From NCBI GenBank assembly GCA_012295275.1, contig CM022676.1, positions 9,610,001 through 9,674,000 of the forward strand: 64,000 nucleotides of DNA, written 5' to 3'. A program made the translations under genes and the position numbers. The notes under the pieces are model-generated. The model had not been told where the DNA came from. It saw nothing but the letters and a program-made list of their open reading frames with translations, and ran no database searches. This DNA is from Chrysomallon squamiferum. Its lineage: Eukaryota; Animalia; Mollusca. Shown in pieces: positions 47,152 to 64,000 of the stretch. Numbering within the stretch: position 1 is the first letter of the stretch; every line of letters begins with the position of its first letter.

Positions 47152-48448
47152 GATATAATTATGTGATATTACATATATATATATATATATATAAAACTAA
47201 TTTATTATACCTACCTACATCCGTACATATCTACGAACATATGTTTCTACATATCTACACAAATAAATAAACAAATAAATAAGTTAGTAAGTTAGTAAGC
47301 AAGTAAGAAAGTCAATAAATAAATAAACTTACCTAATCAGTTGGTCATGGGGACCGATCCTGATAACCTTCAAATTTAAACTTTAAAAAAGATTTAAAAA
47401 AATAAAAAAGCAGACGACATTTGCAGACACAGGCTCAGAGAGAACCTGGCGGCAAATTACGTACACGCAGACGAACGGATACATTTATACACCTTAACGA
47501 CTTTCCTCCGAAATAGCGTGACGTCACCTGATTAAAAAAAAAAAAAAAAACATATTCATTTTGCTACATGTCAAACAGTTTAAGTTGAAAACGATACAGA
47601 GAACAGGAGCTGTTGGGATGTTTACTTTGCATTGAGTCTGTTTACTGTTTGTATTTGGTATACTGGACAAAAAAAAAAAAAAATAGTTATGTCGTGAAAG
47701 AATTACACTTTATTTTGTTCGGTATGGAGCTTAATAATGATCTGTGTAATCTGTTGATTTATGCACCTGTCTGTCTGTCTGTCTGTCTTTCTGTCTTTGT
47801 GTCTATCAGCTACTATTATGTATGTGTGTATGAGAATTTTTGTCTGTCTGTCTGTCTATCTATCTCTATGTATGTCTGAATATCTATCTGTCTTTCTCAG
47901 TCTATCTTTCTGTAAATACATATATATATGTATATGTGTGTGTGTGTTTGTGTGTATGTTTGTGTGTGTCTGTATGTGTGTGTGTGTATGTGTGTATATA
48001 CATATATATATATGTGCATGCATGTATGTATGTGTACATATGTATGTATGTATGTATATGTCTCTCTTTCTCTATTAATATATCTGTAAATGTATTAGTA
48101 GTTACACGCATAACCATAATATAAAACAAACAACAGTTTATTTATTTATTTATTTTTTTATTTATTTTTTTCTCTCTTCTTTTTCTTTCTTCTTTTCTTT
48201 TCTTTCATTATAGGTTTAGTTATTTAGTCTCTGGTTCATTCATCTCTTGTATTTCATTTCTTCTTCTTATTATTAATTAATTCCATCACTCCTTCGTTAT
48301 TATATTGTTTATACATTAATGTATTATTCATTAATTATTCATATAAATATATATATATATATTCCTTCATAATACTTTTGCTCAGTCAGTTGTCATTTAT
48401 TTTTCTTTTATAGAAAATCCTTACATGTAATTTGTCATAAACAGAAGC

Positions 48449-48449
<1 letters not shown>

Positions 48450-48481
<32 letters not shown>

Positions 48482-48850
48482 TTAATAATAATAATAATTT
48501 ATTGTTGTTTTTGTTATGGTTGTTGTTGCTGTTATTGTTGTGTTGTTGTTGTTATTACTATCATTGTTGTTGCTGTCATTGTTTCTGTTGTTATTATTGT
48601 TGTTGTTTTTACTGTTATTGTTGTTACTGTTATTTTTATTATTATTATTTTTATTTTTATTTTTACTATTATTATTATTATTTTTACTAGTAGAACTAGT
48701 AGTAGCAGCAGCAACAACAGTTGTAGTAATAGTAGCAGTGGTAGTAGTCGTAGTACTAATAAGAGAGTTGTTGTTATTGTTATTGTTCCTATTCTTATTC
48801 GTATTGTTTATCATCATCACCATCATCATCATCATCATCATCACCTATTA
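48450..48850. repeat. Compound trinucleotide microsatellite block
   Basis: AAT/GTT/ATT/AGT/CAT runs. Confidence 0.95.
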
Positions 48851-49344
48851 ATTTCTTCCCTAATTTTTTTCTGTCTCTATACACTGAAACAAATACGGAA
48901 CTTTGATCAAAAAGTAGGCTGCGCCCAGAATATAACAATACGTCACGTGATTATTGTATGTTAATTAGTCACATGATAATGATATTAATATTTATCGTGC
49001 ACGTGCTAACTGTATTTAAGGAGATAAAAAAAAAGATTGGTATTTTGTTAAATTAATACATAAAAGTAATTAATAATTAAAATAGAAGTTAATAATATGA
49101 AATGAAATTAATACATCCAGCCATCATTTAATCCATCTGTTCTTTCGTCCATCCATCCATCCTTCCCATCCATTCATTCGTTCATCTATCCATCTGAAGT
49201 CCGTTCTTCATTCATCCATCCATCAGTCCATCCGTTCTTCCGTTTACCCATCCGTGCATCCATTGTTCATTACCTATACATCCAATATGTTTATCTATCT
49301 ATCTTCTATCTTTCTGTGTGTCTGTTTGTCTGTCTCCCTGGGAC

Positions 49345-49390
49345 TATATATATATGTGTGAGTGTGTGTGTGTATATACACACATATGCA

Positions 49391-49464
<74 letters not shown>

Positions 49465-49541
49465 TATATTTGTGTCTATATATATATATATGTGTATATA
49501 TATATATACATACATGTGTTCATATATATATATATATATAT

Positions 49542-49578
<37 letters not shown>

Positions 49579-49599
49579 TGTATATATATATATATTTAC

Positions 49600-49630
<31 letters not shown>

Positions 49631-49667
49631 CACATATATATATATATATATATAGACATATATACAT

Positions 49668-49710
<43 letters not shown>

Positions 49711-49728
49711 TACATATATATGTGTGTG

Positions 49729-49782
<54 letters not shown>

Positions 49783-49820
49783 CGTATATATGTATGTATA
49801 CATACATACATACACACGCA
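49345..49820. repeat. (TA)n/(TG)n compound microsatellite
   Basis: Directly visible. Confidence 0.95.
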
Positions 49821-49887
49821 CTCTATAATAAAAACTGGTTTCATATTTACAGTATATCAAAAGATGATTTTATATTTACTGTACAAA

Positions 49888-50151
49888 CAGTAGCAGAGAT
49901 CTGGTGATGCCAGGGGCCAACTCCTTGATTATCTCCCCTTAAGACTCAAGTGTAAGGCCCAGTACAGAGAAATATTATGAGAAAGGAAGATATTTTGAAT
50001 ACGTAAACACAGATGAAACACAAAATAAAACACATTATTCCATTTAAATATAAATCAATTTTATTAAATTATTTTCTCTGATTGGATGGCCCCCCCATTT
50101 GGATGCCCGGGGCCACCGCCCCTTCGTTCCCCCCCCCGCTGCGTGTTACTG
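49888..50151. mobile_element. hAT-like MITE
   Basis: Ends CAGTAGCA ... TGTTACTG with a near-perfect 8-bp TSD TGTACAAA/TGTACAGA and GC-rich subterminal GATGCC(A/C)GGGGCCA repeats. Confidence 0.65.
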
Positions 50152-50567
50152 TGTACAGAAAACGTTTAGTAAGAAGACGAAGTATATGTATTACAACTTA
50201 GCTGTTTGAAATATATTATAATTTATTACGTAATAATGTATCTAACATAAATTTATTACGTAATAATGCATCTGACATAATACTGTTAAATTTAATTAAC
50301 TAGTTTATTAATGCTATCCCATAATTCTAAAAAGTCTGTAAATAAAAAATGTGTATTAATTTTCGACAACAGCATAAACTCGGATTTAGAAAATGAATTT
50401 GTGATAGTAATTTAACGTTTCTCTATTTCTCATTTTAATAAAACTTATGATTTATTATTTTTATTATTCTATTTTTGATGTCACAATTACAACTCGTCGA
50501 GTTAAACGAGGACATTAAAAAATCAAACATTCAGTGAAATATAATAAATGAAATAATATTGGAGTAA

Positions 50568-50612
<45 letters not shown>

Positions 50613-50889
50613 CTTTATTTTGTTTATTTGTTAGTTTGTTATTCTTTAAATTACCTATGTTTTCTTTGTTTATTTGTGTGTGGGTGTGGGTGTGTGTTTG
50701 TGTGTGTGTGTGTAATTCTTCACGATTTCAATACGTTAAGAAATCGAAGGAAAGATATTTAACAATCGCCCCAAACTGAATACTTCTAAAACGCCAAACT
50801 TTACATTCTTTTCCAGTCATTTCGCCGATTTATTCATTTCAGCGTAACAGCTCAAACAGCACTAGATCATTTTATTTCTTGCTTTCGTT

Positions 50890-50945
50890 GTACCCCGATG
50901 ACGTCACACTGCATCTCCAAGGAAACAAAATGGCGGCTTTCCGTG
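50890..50945. promoter_or_regulatory. Promoter/enhancer-like motif cluster
   Basis: CRE palindrome TGACGTCA (50899-50906) and YY1-type AAAATGGCGGC (50927-50937) in CpG-retaining DNA. Confidence 0.35.
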
Positions 50946-51175
50946 AAATTGCGAAACAGCAGTATTTTTGTTGTCGTACTGATTTATTAGTTTGTCTGCA
51001 AGACACAAACAGCTAGACAGACGTACAGAAAATGTGTTCTTCCACATATGCAGTTGTATAATTGAGTAAATGAAAAAACCGGTTGCATCAGTTTTTTTGC
51101 CTCATGTTCATGCATTTGACAGAGTTTAAAAGCATTCTGTTGTCACATTCATTAAACTGATATTAAAAGTATGAA

Positions 51176-51211
<36 letters not shown>

Positions 51212-52126
51212 GATAATAATAGTTATTTTTATTGTTGTGTTTATCGATAAAATTATGGAAACAGTAGTATAAACACATCATCACAAAGAAAGAAAGAAAG
51301 AAAAATAAATAAAGAAAAGGAAGAAAGAAAATAAATAAATTAATTAAATAAATTAAATTGAGTCAAGCGATCACTTTTTAATACAGGACGGATATGGAGC
51401 CTTGAGAATGGCGAAATGGTTAAGTAATCGATTTAGTAAAAATATAATATGATCTGGGATCAAATCTGCTAACGAAATGAAATGAAGTAAAGTGACGTAT
51501 TTACTAATTTTCCAACATACCAACACGTGACAAAACAGACCAGAACTGTTGTTTATATTCTCAAATAAACATTTATGACTGTATTACAAAATTAAATTAG
51601 AATTATGCTCTGATAAATTATCAACACTTTAAATCATTGTTAAAAAAAAATAAAAAAAAATAAAAAATCATCATTTAAGAAATGTTTACGTACGTTTTTC
51701 CATGATGAATTTAAACAGACCAGTTTATATTAGTGACTATTTAGTGTATGATGCATTTAAATGGATCGTATAGGAATGTGTCGTTTTGCAAGTGTCAAAT
51801 CAAGTAGTATATCTTACATGTTACTAGATCGCGTAGGATTGTTTGCGTTGTTATGTGAAAATAAAATAAAACAAAAAATAAAAAACCTTCTCACAACGAA
51901 ATACTGGAATTTCTGTCAAAGATTTAATTTCTTTGACTGAATTCAAAGATGATCTTTACCGTGTTTTCCAGTCACAGAATTTAGAACTGTATCGTCTTTA
52001 TGAAGATGACTGTTCCATTCATCTCTTAACGAGATTGTAAGTAACTGACAAATGAGTTGAAAAGAAGAAAAATAGGAAGTGTCAAATTAGATATTCCATT
52101 TTAGCGAAATAGGTTAATACCTTAAA

Positions 52127-52257
52127 CGTGGCCGTAACTAGGCTCTTTTCAAAATGAGGCAAAAACACTTAATCGCCGAGCGAAGCGGGGCAAAAAAAAA
52201 AATTGGTTGAGGGGTTTCGGGGGGGGGGTCATTTGGTTCACTGTAGTTACGGCCATG
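52127..52257. mobile_element. Small MITE with 14-bp TIRs
   Basis: CGTGGCCGTAACTA ... TAGTTACGGCCATG (13/14 inverted match) with an internal CCGAGCGAAGCG motif. TSD not clear. Confidence 0.6.
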
Positions 52258-52744
52258 ATTTATAACCGATTTTAGCAAAACTCTAAAAACCAAGAAGAAG
52301 AAATAAAAAATGGTAGACAAAACAAGAAAAAAAAAAAATTATAATAATAAAGTAAAATAAAATAAAGAAAGAAAAGAAAAGAAAAAGAAAAGAAAAAAGA
52401 AACAGTTATATATACTATCGAAAGTGAGACTGAAAATCGTTTCCGTTTTCACAAATGGATTTATCGCCCTTTGTCGTTGTTGTTTTTGTTTTTTCTTCAC
52501 CGACATTTTTCATATCCTGAAATATCTCAAAATCGTACTGTGTTGCCCTTAGTTTAGAAACTTCTGCAGTAAAAGTTTAAAATTTTAAAACTTTGTTTAC
52601 AGGATATGAGTAACAAGACGGAAGTGAAAACTTGAGAGAAACAGAAAACATCGCAGGTCGAGTCGACTCTCTCTGGTGGAGACTCATCCTTTATAGACTT
52701 TTTAACTCCATTATTTTATCATATTTAACATCATGATGATGATG

Positions 52745-52789
<45 letters not shown>

Positions 52790-53245
52790 GTAATAATAAT
52801 TTATAATTCGTAAACCACCAAACCTTCTTTTTTTTCTTTTTTTTTTTTCAATAAATATTTATTCCAAGATTTGAAATTATTATTTGCATGCTAAGTTTAA
52901 CTAAAACGATTTTAGTTGAAATTTATAAATACATTTTAAAAGTTAAAATTTCGCTTTTAATATTGTGGTTATTCGTGCATAAATTTCTCACTTGTTTGTG
53001 TAAATGATGTGAAGAGCATTTTCTGTAATTTTTTTTTTTATTATTATTATTTTTATGCATCATTTACACAAACAGCTGAGAAATTTATGGACAAAGTAAC
53101 CACTATATTTGTCCAAAAATTTCTCAGTTTAAGAGTTGGGATACATATATATATAATTATTATTTTCGGTGTTAGTGGTAGTAGTAGAAATCAGAGTAGT
53201 TACTGTTGCTCATACAGACATATGTACAGAGAGAGAGAAAAAAGA

Positions 53246-53279
<34 letters not shown>

Positions 53280-53681
53280 GCAGATATACCATTTATTGAT
53301 GTAGATTTGTTACTGATTTTTGCAAAAATTGTTCTTGCTGTGGTTATTATTAATGATCTCAGTACACAGATTATTGACAATGTTGTAGATGTAAAAAGTT
53401 GTTGTCGTTGTTGTCTTTATATATATATATATATACATACATATTTCGATTCACAATTTGTTCCTACCGATGTTGTAGTAGTCGTTGTTTTATGTTTTTT
53501 TATCGATGTTATTATTAATTATTCCAACACACAGTTTACTGACAACATTGTAGCATCAAAAAATTTGTTGTCGTTGTTGTCTTTATATACATATACGTAT
53601 TTCCAGTTCACAATTCCATTCTCTTTGTCGTCGTAATTGCTGTTGTCGTCGTCATTTTCGTTTGCTCCTCCATAATGACCG

Positions 53682-58338
<4,657 letters not shown>

Positions 58339-58344
58339 TTTTCA

Positions 58345-58700
58345 ACAGTTACTTAGCAAAACACGCTCAACAAAAATTTCAAACTCGATCACCGTTAGCG
58401 TTTTTACTTAACAGGGAGTCCACATAACTGTGCGCTGTATGCAGTGTGTGCTGAACTGACTTCCTCGAAATGAATTAACACGAGAGGTACATGTCGTCGT
58501 CATTAATCAACACGCGCATGTCACTTCCTGGTCACGTGACACACTCAGAATGTCGGTCATCCGTCAAATGTGTGTTTATCGAATGAAGCATGACATAAGC
58601 GATTAGAGATTAAATGGAAAAAATATTCCGATAACGTTTCGATCTGTCAGTGACTCGATGAATTCAATGAACGAATATTTGTGTGCAAGCGACATATTTT
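58345..58700 (-). promoter_or_regulatory. Putative 5' UTR/promoter of the orphan adaptor gene
   Basis: CpG-retaining unique DNA just upstream of ATG 58338, with ETS-type ACTTCCT motifs and a palindromic E-box GTCACGTGAC (58531-58540). Confidence 0.45.
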
Positions 58701-58945
58701 AATACTGACGGGTTGTTTTTTTGTTTTTTTTTTTATGGAAGGGGAAATAACTATGAAGCATGTTGTGCATGTATGATTTATGCACATGTCTGCTGACAAA
58801 AATTTTAAAAAAATTTAAAAAGTTAAATTCTTCGAGAATTTGTGGAAATGGGAAAGGAAATATCATTTAAATGACTTAATTTATAATTAATGGGGGTTTT
58901 TTTGTGTGTTTTTTTTTTTTGTTTTTTGCTTTTCTTTTATAAAGC

Positions 58946-59011
<66 letters not shown>

Positions 59012-59595
59012 TTTAAATCTTGGTCTGGCTATTTTTGTCATTTTTATATTTGTCAAATGGGAAAGAAAGAAATCAAGCAATATATATATATAAAAGCAAG
59101 AAAGAAAACGCTAAAAAGAAAGCAACAAAGGAAAACATAAACAAAAAAGATAACGACAAGATTAGACGCAGAAACGTTAGGCGTAACCCAAGATAAAATA
59201 CCATAGTAACCAAATATTCCGTAACATCAGATGAGTGTACAAACATGTATAAAGACGTAAGTAATTTAATCTCTTGATGACGTCATTACATCGGATGACA
59301 TTGAATAACTATTTTACGTAATGACGTTTAGTATTACATGTACCGGGTGATCGACCGGTAACTAGTTTCAAAACGCGTTTAACATTTCCACAAACTTAGA
59401 TGAATGCCTTGAAATCACTATTAAAATGTATGTATGTGGATGTGTACGTGTGCGTGTGCGTATGTGTGTGTGTATTGCCAATTATTTTTTATATAAGTGC
59501 CTAGATACTTGCTAATCATAAAAGTATTTTATTACTAAATTAAATTTAAAGAACACCACAACTGCTATTACTACTACTACTACTACTACTAATAC

Positions 59596-59640
<45 letters not shown>

Positions 59641-59879
59641 AGCTATTGCTATTGTTATTATGATTATCCCTTTTCATATGTTTCATGTGACTATATCTGT
59701 GCATGGCGTTAATTTATTTGGAATCGTTTCCGCTAATTTTAAGTGGTTATTTTATTTCATAATAATATGCAGTAGAATATAAGTATAAGGTATATATATC
59801 TGGTATACTTTGTTTCTTCCTAAAATTTCTGTTGATGAAAATATAATTAAAATACATTTTGCACGTATCCATTATTTTA

Positions 59880-59930
<51 letters not shown>

Positions 59931-60392
59931 TATAATGTAACAGATTTGGTGAAAACAATTTAAGTTTCTGCATTTTTGTATATTTATTAGTACTATTGCA
60001 TTAAAAACAACTCAGTATGACTAAAATATAGCTAAAGCAGTTTGATTCCTAATAATCTCAGTTTCTCTACTTTTAAATTGTATTTATTTATTTATTTATT
60101 TATTTATTTATCTATCTATTTATTTATTTATTTATTTTATTTTATTTTATTTTTTTTTTTTTTTTTTTTTTTTTTATTTATTTATCTATCTGACTGTTTG
60201 TTTGATATTTATTTATTTATTTATTTGTCTGTTTATTTATTTGTTTATTTGTTTGTTTGTTTATACAAACTGGTGACATAATGCTATTATAGAGCTTAAC
60301 GAGAAACTTCCTCTTTCCTCTTATTTAAGTTTTAGAGTGCAGATTAACTATATTAATATAGTCTTAATACAATAACGCACTCTCTGTGCATA

Positions 60393-60429
<37 letters not shown>

Positions 60430-60882
60430 ACTAGGTACACACACACACACATCTTATTCGTTTCTTTATTTCTCGTTCTCTCCCTCGTGTGTGTGTATGT
60501 GTTTATAAACACACAAACACACACTTGCGTGCACGCTAGCTTACGAACACATACAAACATATAGATATAAAGAAGGATTCCGAAACCGGCAAAAACAATC
60601 AAACACACACATTTCTAGTCAATTAGGGAAGAAGCTCCGCCCCCTGTGATGTAACGAAGAGCGCCAACCCCCCCCCTCCCACTTGTACCGCCCGAATGCG
60701 TGACACATTTCGGAGCAAAATAACTGACATAAAGTCGTTTACTTTATCCTGCACATCTTTCAGCAGTCAGAGTGCCCGAACCTTGAATTGGACATGGGCA
60801 CGTAAAAAGAGTTCTCCATCCATCAGCAGTCAGCAGATATTTTCCTTTCATTCGACCTGTCTTCTGTCTCTTTATTTATTTT

Positions 60883-60932
<50 letters not shown>

Positions 60933-60949
60933 ATCTATCTGTCTGTCTA

Positions 60950-61011
<62 letters not shown>

Positions 61012-61091
61012 ATACACACACACACACATAAATATACCCATATACCAACAATAAATGTATATACACACATATTGTAACACAAACCTCTCTC

Positions 61092-61192
<101 letters not shown>

Positions 61193-61425
61193 TAGTTTTA
61201 TTTTGGTTACACAAATACTTCCTAAACCAGATCTGCTGCTTATCTGAACTTATCACACACTCCTATTTCTATTCGTACACAGATTATGTACATAGGATGT
61301 ATAGCGGTGACAATTTTGTCCTGTTATCTACAAACTACTGCGCGATTTAAAACTAAATCTACATAGACTAAAGGCACGACGTTGCACATCTTGTCAGTTA
61401 GGTTAATTGTCAAATAACGACGACG

Positions 61426-61473
<48 letters not shown>

Positions 61474-61731
61474 GCACATATCTAGTGGTAAATTTAAAAC
61501 GTGATTATAACCCGTTTTGTAAACTGCTATCAATACAACTATTAATTCAGCGACGATAATGATGGTTACGATGATGATGATGGTGACGAAGCTGATGATG
61601 ATGACGCTGGTGGTGAAATGATGCTGATGGCGATAACCATGGTTAAGATTATGACGTTAATGATAACAGTTACGACGATGTTGAAAATTTAAACTAATAC
61701 TACGTGTGTTATGTATGTGTATGATTATGTA

Positions 61732-61789
<58 letters not shown>

Positions 61790-62398
61790 TTACATATGTA
61801 CGTATGTATAAAAACGTATATTTTTAACGTACGTAACGTTACAAAGCGAAAAAGGACACGCTAAACCTGTTGTTACTTGTGGCTGATTCAAACTTACGTG
61901 GGTGAATTAAACTGTGTGAAAAAGGCTAGAGAGAACGATTCTCTAATGGCGTAAGCCAATTTAGACTTAACTCAAATTAACGAGAGAAAAAAAAAATGAA
62001 GAAGAAGAAGAAAAAAAAGAGTAATAACGTTTACCTTGCGGTTTTTTCTCCTTTTTCTTTTTCATTCCCATTTTTTTCAGAAATTCTTTCCACGGCATAT
62101 TAAAGGGTTTTTGTGTAGACTTCGAATGTTTTGTATATCTAGTCTCGCTTTGCCTGTAACTTGCTGTAGCTAACTTCCTAGTTGGGAATACTAGTCAAGG
62201 GTTGGTACTGTCGTAATTTGGTTTGTTGTGTGCACTCTCGACGTACTGAATAGAATGGCGACGTAAAGAAGTAGGTCAATTTGTGTGAGAAAATGGCTGT
62301 TATGAATGCGTGTTTATTCAACCGTGAGTGCACGGGTATTTGTTGATATATATTTATGTTTGTGTGATTTTGCTTGTATGTGTGTATGTATATGTAGA

Positions 62399-62529
<131 letters not shown>

Positions 62530-62966
62530 CATATGTGCTTGTGTGTGTGTATTTTTGTCATCAAAATATATATATATATATGTGTGTGTGTGCGTGTATT
62601 AGCATTATTACTAGTAGCAGTAGTAGTAGTAGTAGTTGTAGTGAAAGTATTACCCGTTGACGTAGTATAGTAATAGTAGTTATGGCAGTGGTAATATTTA
62701 ATAACACTGAGTAGATCAGAGTCAGTTATTTAAATGAAAAAATATGACACCACTTGGTACGATTTTTTCTTCCTTAAGGCATATAAATATTAGCGATTTT
62801 AAATTTAAATTACAGCATCTAATTACTCCGCTTTGACAGAAATGTCCTTGAAACAAAATTACGAGCGTTTTATGCATGATCACGTGCTGCACTTACTAAC
62901 AAGAGACAACTGGCTGATATATATACGTAATAATTACCAAAAATAAATTATTAACAGTCGAAAAAA

Positions 62967-63001
<35 letters not shown>

Positions 63002-63310
63002 CTGTATTCCTATTGTCCAGTTTTGATCACGCGATAGAAATGACAATCACAAAATGTGTGGAATATTTGCCTTTTAATTTATTAAATACATCAGTATACT
63101 TTAAATACAACCATAAGATATATTTAATATTGAGAAATTCGCGACGTGAAAAAAAAAAGAAAATATATATATATCGGTGTTATACACACAGAGATAATTT
63201 GCAAATACACAGTCGTTGTTTCGATTTACGAAATCAAGCCAAATCTTCTTATAACTTCATCAGTTTGTTATTGGATAATAAATTAAAATAAATTATAATA
63301 AATCTATAAC

Positions 63311-63369
<59 letters not shown>

Positions 63370-63413
63370 AACAAATACAAATAGAGAACAAGAAAAATAA
63401 TAAATTATAATAA

Positions 63414-63452
<39 letters not shown>

Positions 63453-63484
63453 ATTATTATTATTAATATTATTATTATTATTAC

Positions 63485-63632
63485 CTTTCTTGACCCTATA
63501 GAGTATAGACTGGTAGAACTTATCGCTAACAGAAAAGACGCCACAAATGGAGGGGCAGATAACTCTATCAAGGACGCCGATGAGAACGGAACGTTACGAA
63601 GATGGCCGAAGCGAACTGAAAGTAACACGTGG
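63485..63632. other. Exon-like island of ambiguous strand
   Basis: Plus 63502-63632 (tag|..TGG|gtaagg; YRLVELIANRKDATNGGADNSIKDADENGTLRRWPKRTESNTW) and minus 63485-63615 (ttcag|..AAG|gtaat; RFGHLRNVPFSSASLIELSAPPFVASFLLAISSTSLYSIGSRK) are both open and splice-bounded. Confidence 0.35.
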
Positions 63633-64000
63633 GTAAGGAATTTTGATCGAAAATTATTTCCCATCTTATTTGGTTTTCGATGAAGAATGTTGAATATTTT
63701 ATAAGAGAAACCTGCCCGGCTCAGTCAAGGAACTGTTAATTTACTTAATTCTATAATCTTTGCATTTGGCCTGTTTCGACACGTTCCTACACAAAACATA
63801 CACTTCTCAATTTAAAATATATTCGTAATAATTTTAATTACCAGAATCTGGTAACATTTTGTAAGTAAATGATATAGTAACCAGATAAGTGTAGTAGTAA
63901 TAATGCTGGTAATGTAGCAGTAGTACTAGTAGTAGCAGTAGCAGTAACAGTATACTAGTAGCAGTGTTATTAGTATAGTACTGCTACTACTACTACCAGT

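Noticed and set aside
51405-51470. tRNA-like A/B boxes (similar traces near 4620 and 18630)
   Set aside because: No cloverleaf can be built; at most these are decayed tRNA-derived SINE heads.
62030-62280. Possible additional exon of the adaptor gene
   Set aside because: All three frames from the candidate minus-strand acceptor hit stops before a good donor.

Overview
AT-rich, microsatellite-dense animal genomic DNA with spliceosomal introns, probably an invertebrate such as a mollusc (taxon inferred only). Most supplied ORFs are translated microsatellites. Reading splice sites by hand gives five genes: (1) a SNAPC2/SNAP45-like gene on the minus strand, with six small coding exons at 1953-5295 and its 3' part not found; (2) head-to-head with it, a complete 9-exon GSK3-beta-like kinase on the plus strand (7774-24748, 418 aa); (3) a 5-exon secreted fibrinogen-related-domain protein with a GC-AG intron (-, 32757-36278, 276 aa); (4) a single-coding-exon FMRFamide/sex-peptide-receptor-like GPCR with a signal peptide and a mucin-like repeat ectodomain (-, 37539-39005); (5) a 3-exon, 133-aa orphan (-, 53682-58338). 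The orphan appears to be a minimal lipid-anchored phosphotyrosine adaptor: an N-terminal CxxC, two Nck-type YDE(V/I) motifs and an ITIM+ITSM pair. It is the most novel-looking item, and three of its four splice sites are tandemly duplicated. Non-autonomous DNA transposons (Tigger/pogo-, hAT-, mariner-, piggyBac- and Kolobok-like) are also present, along with a ~490-bp foldback and a CpG-poor to CpG-rich switch near 30 kb. No CRISPR array, rRNA or convincing tRNA was seen. No searches were run; homology calls rest on remembered motifs.
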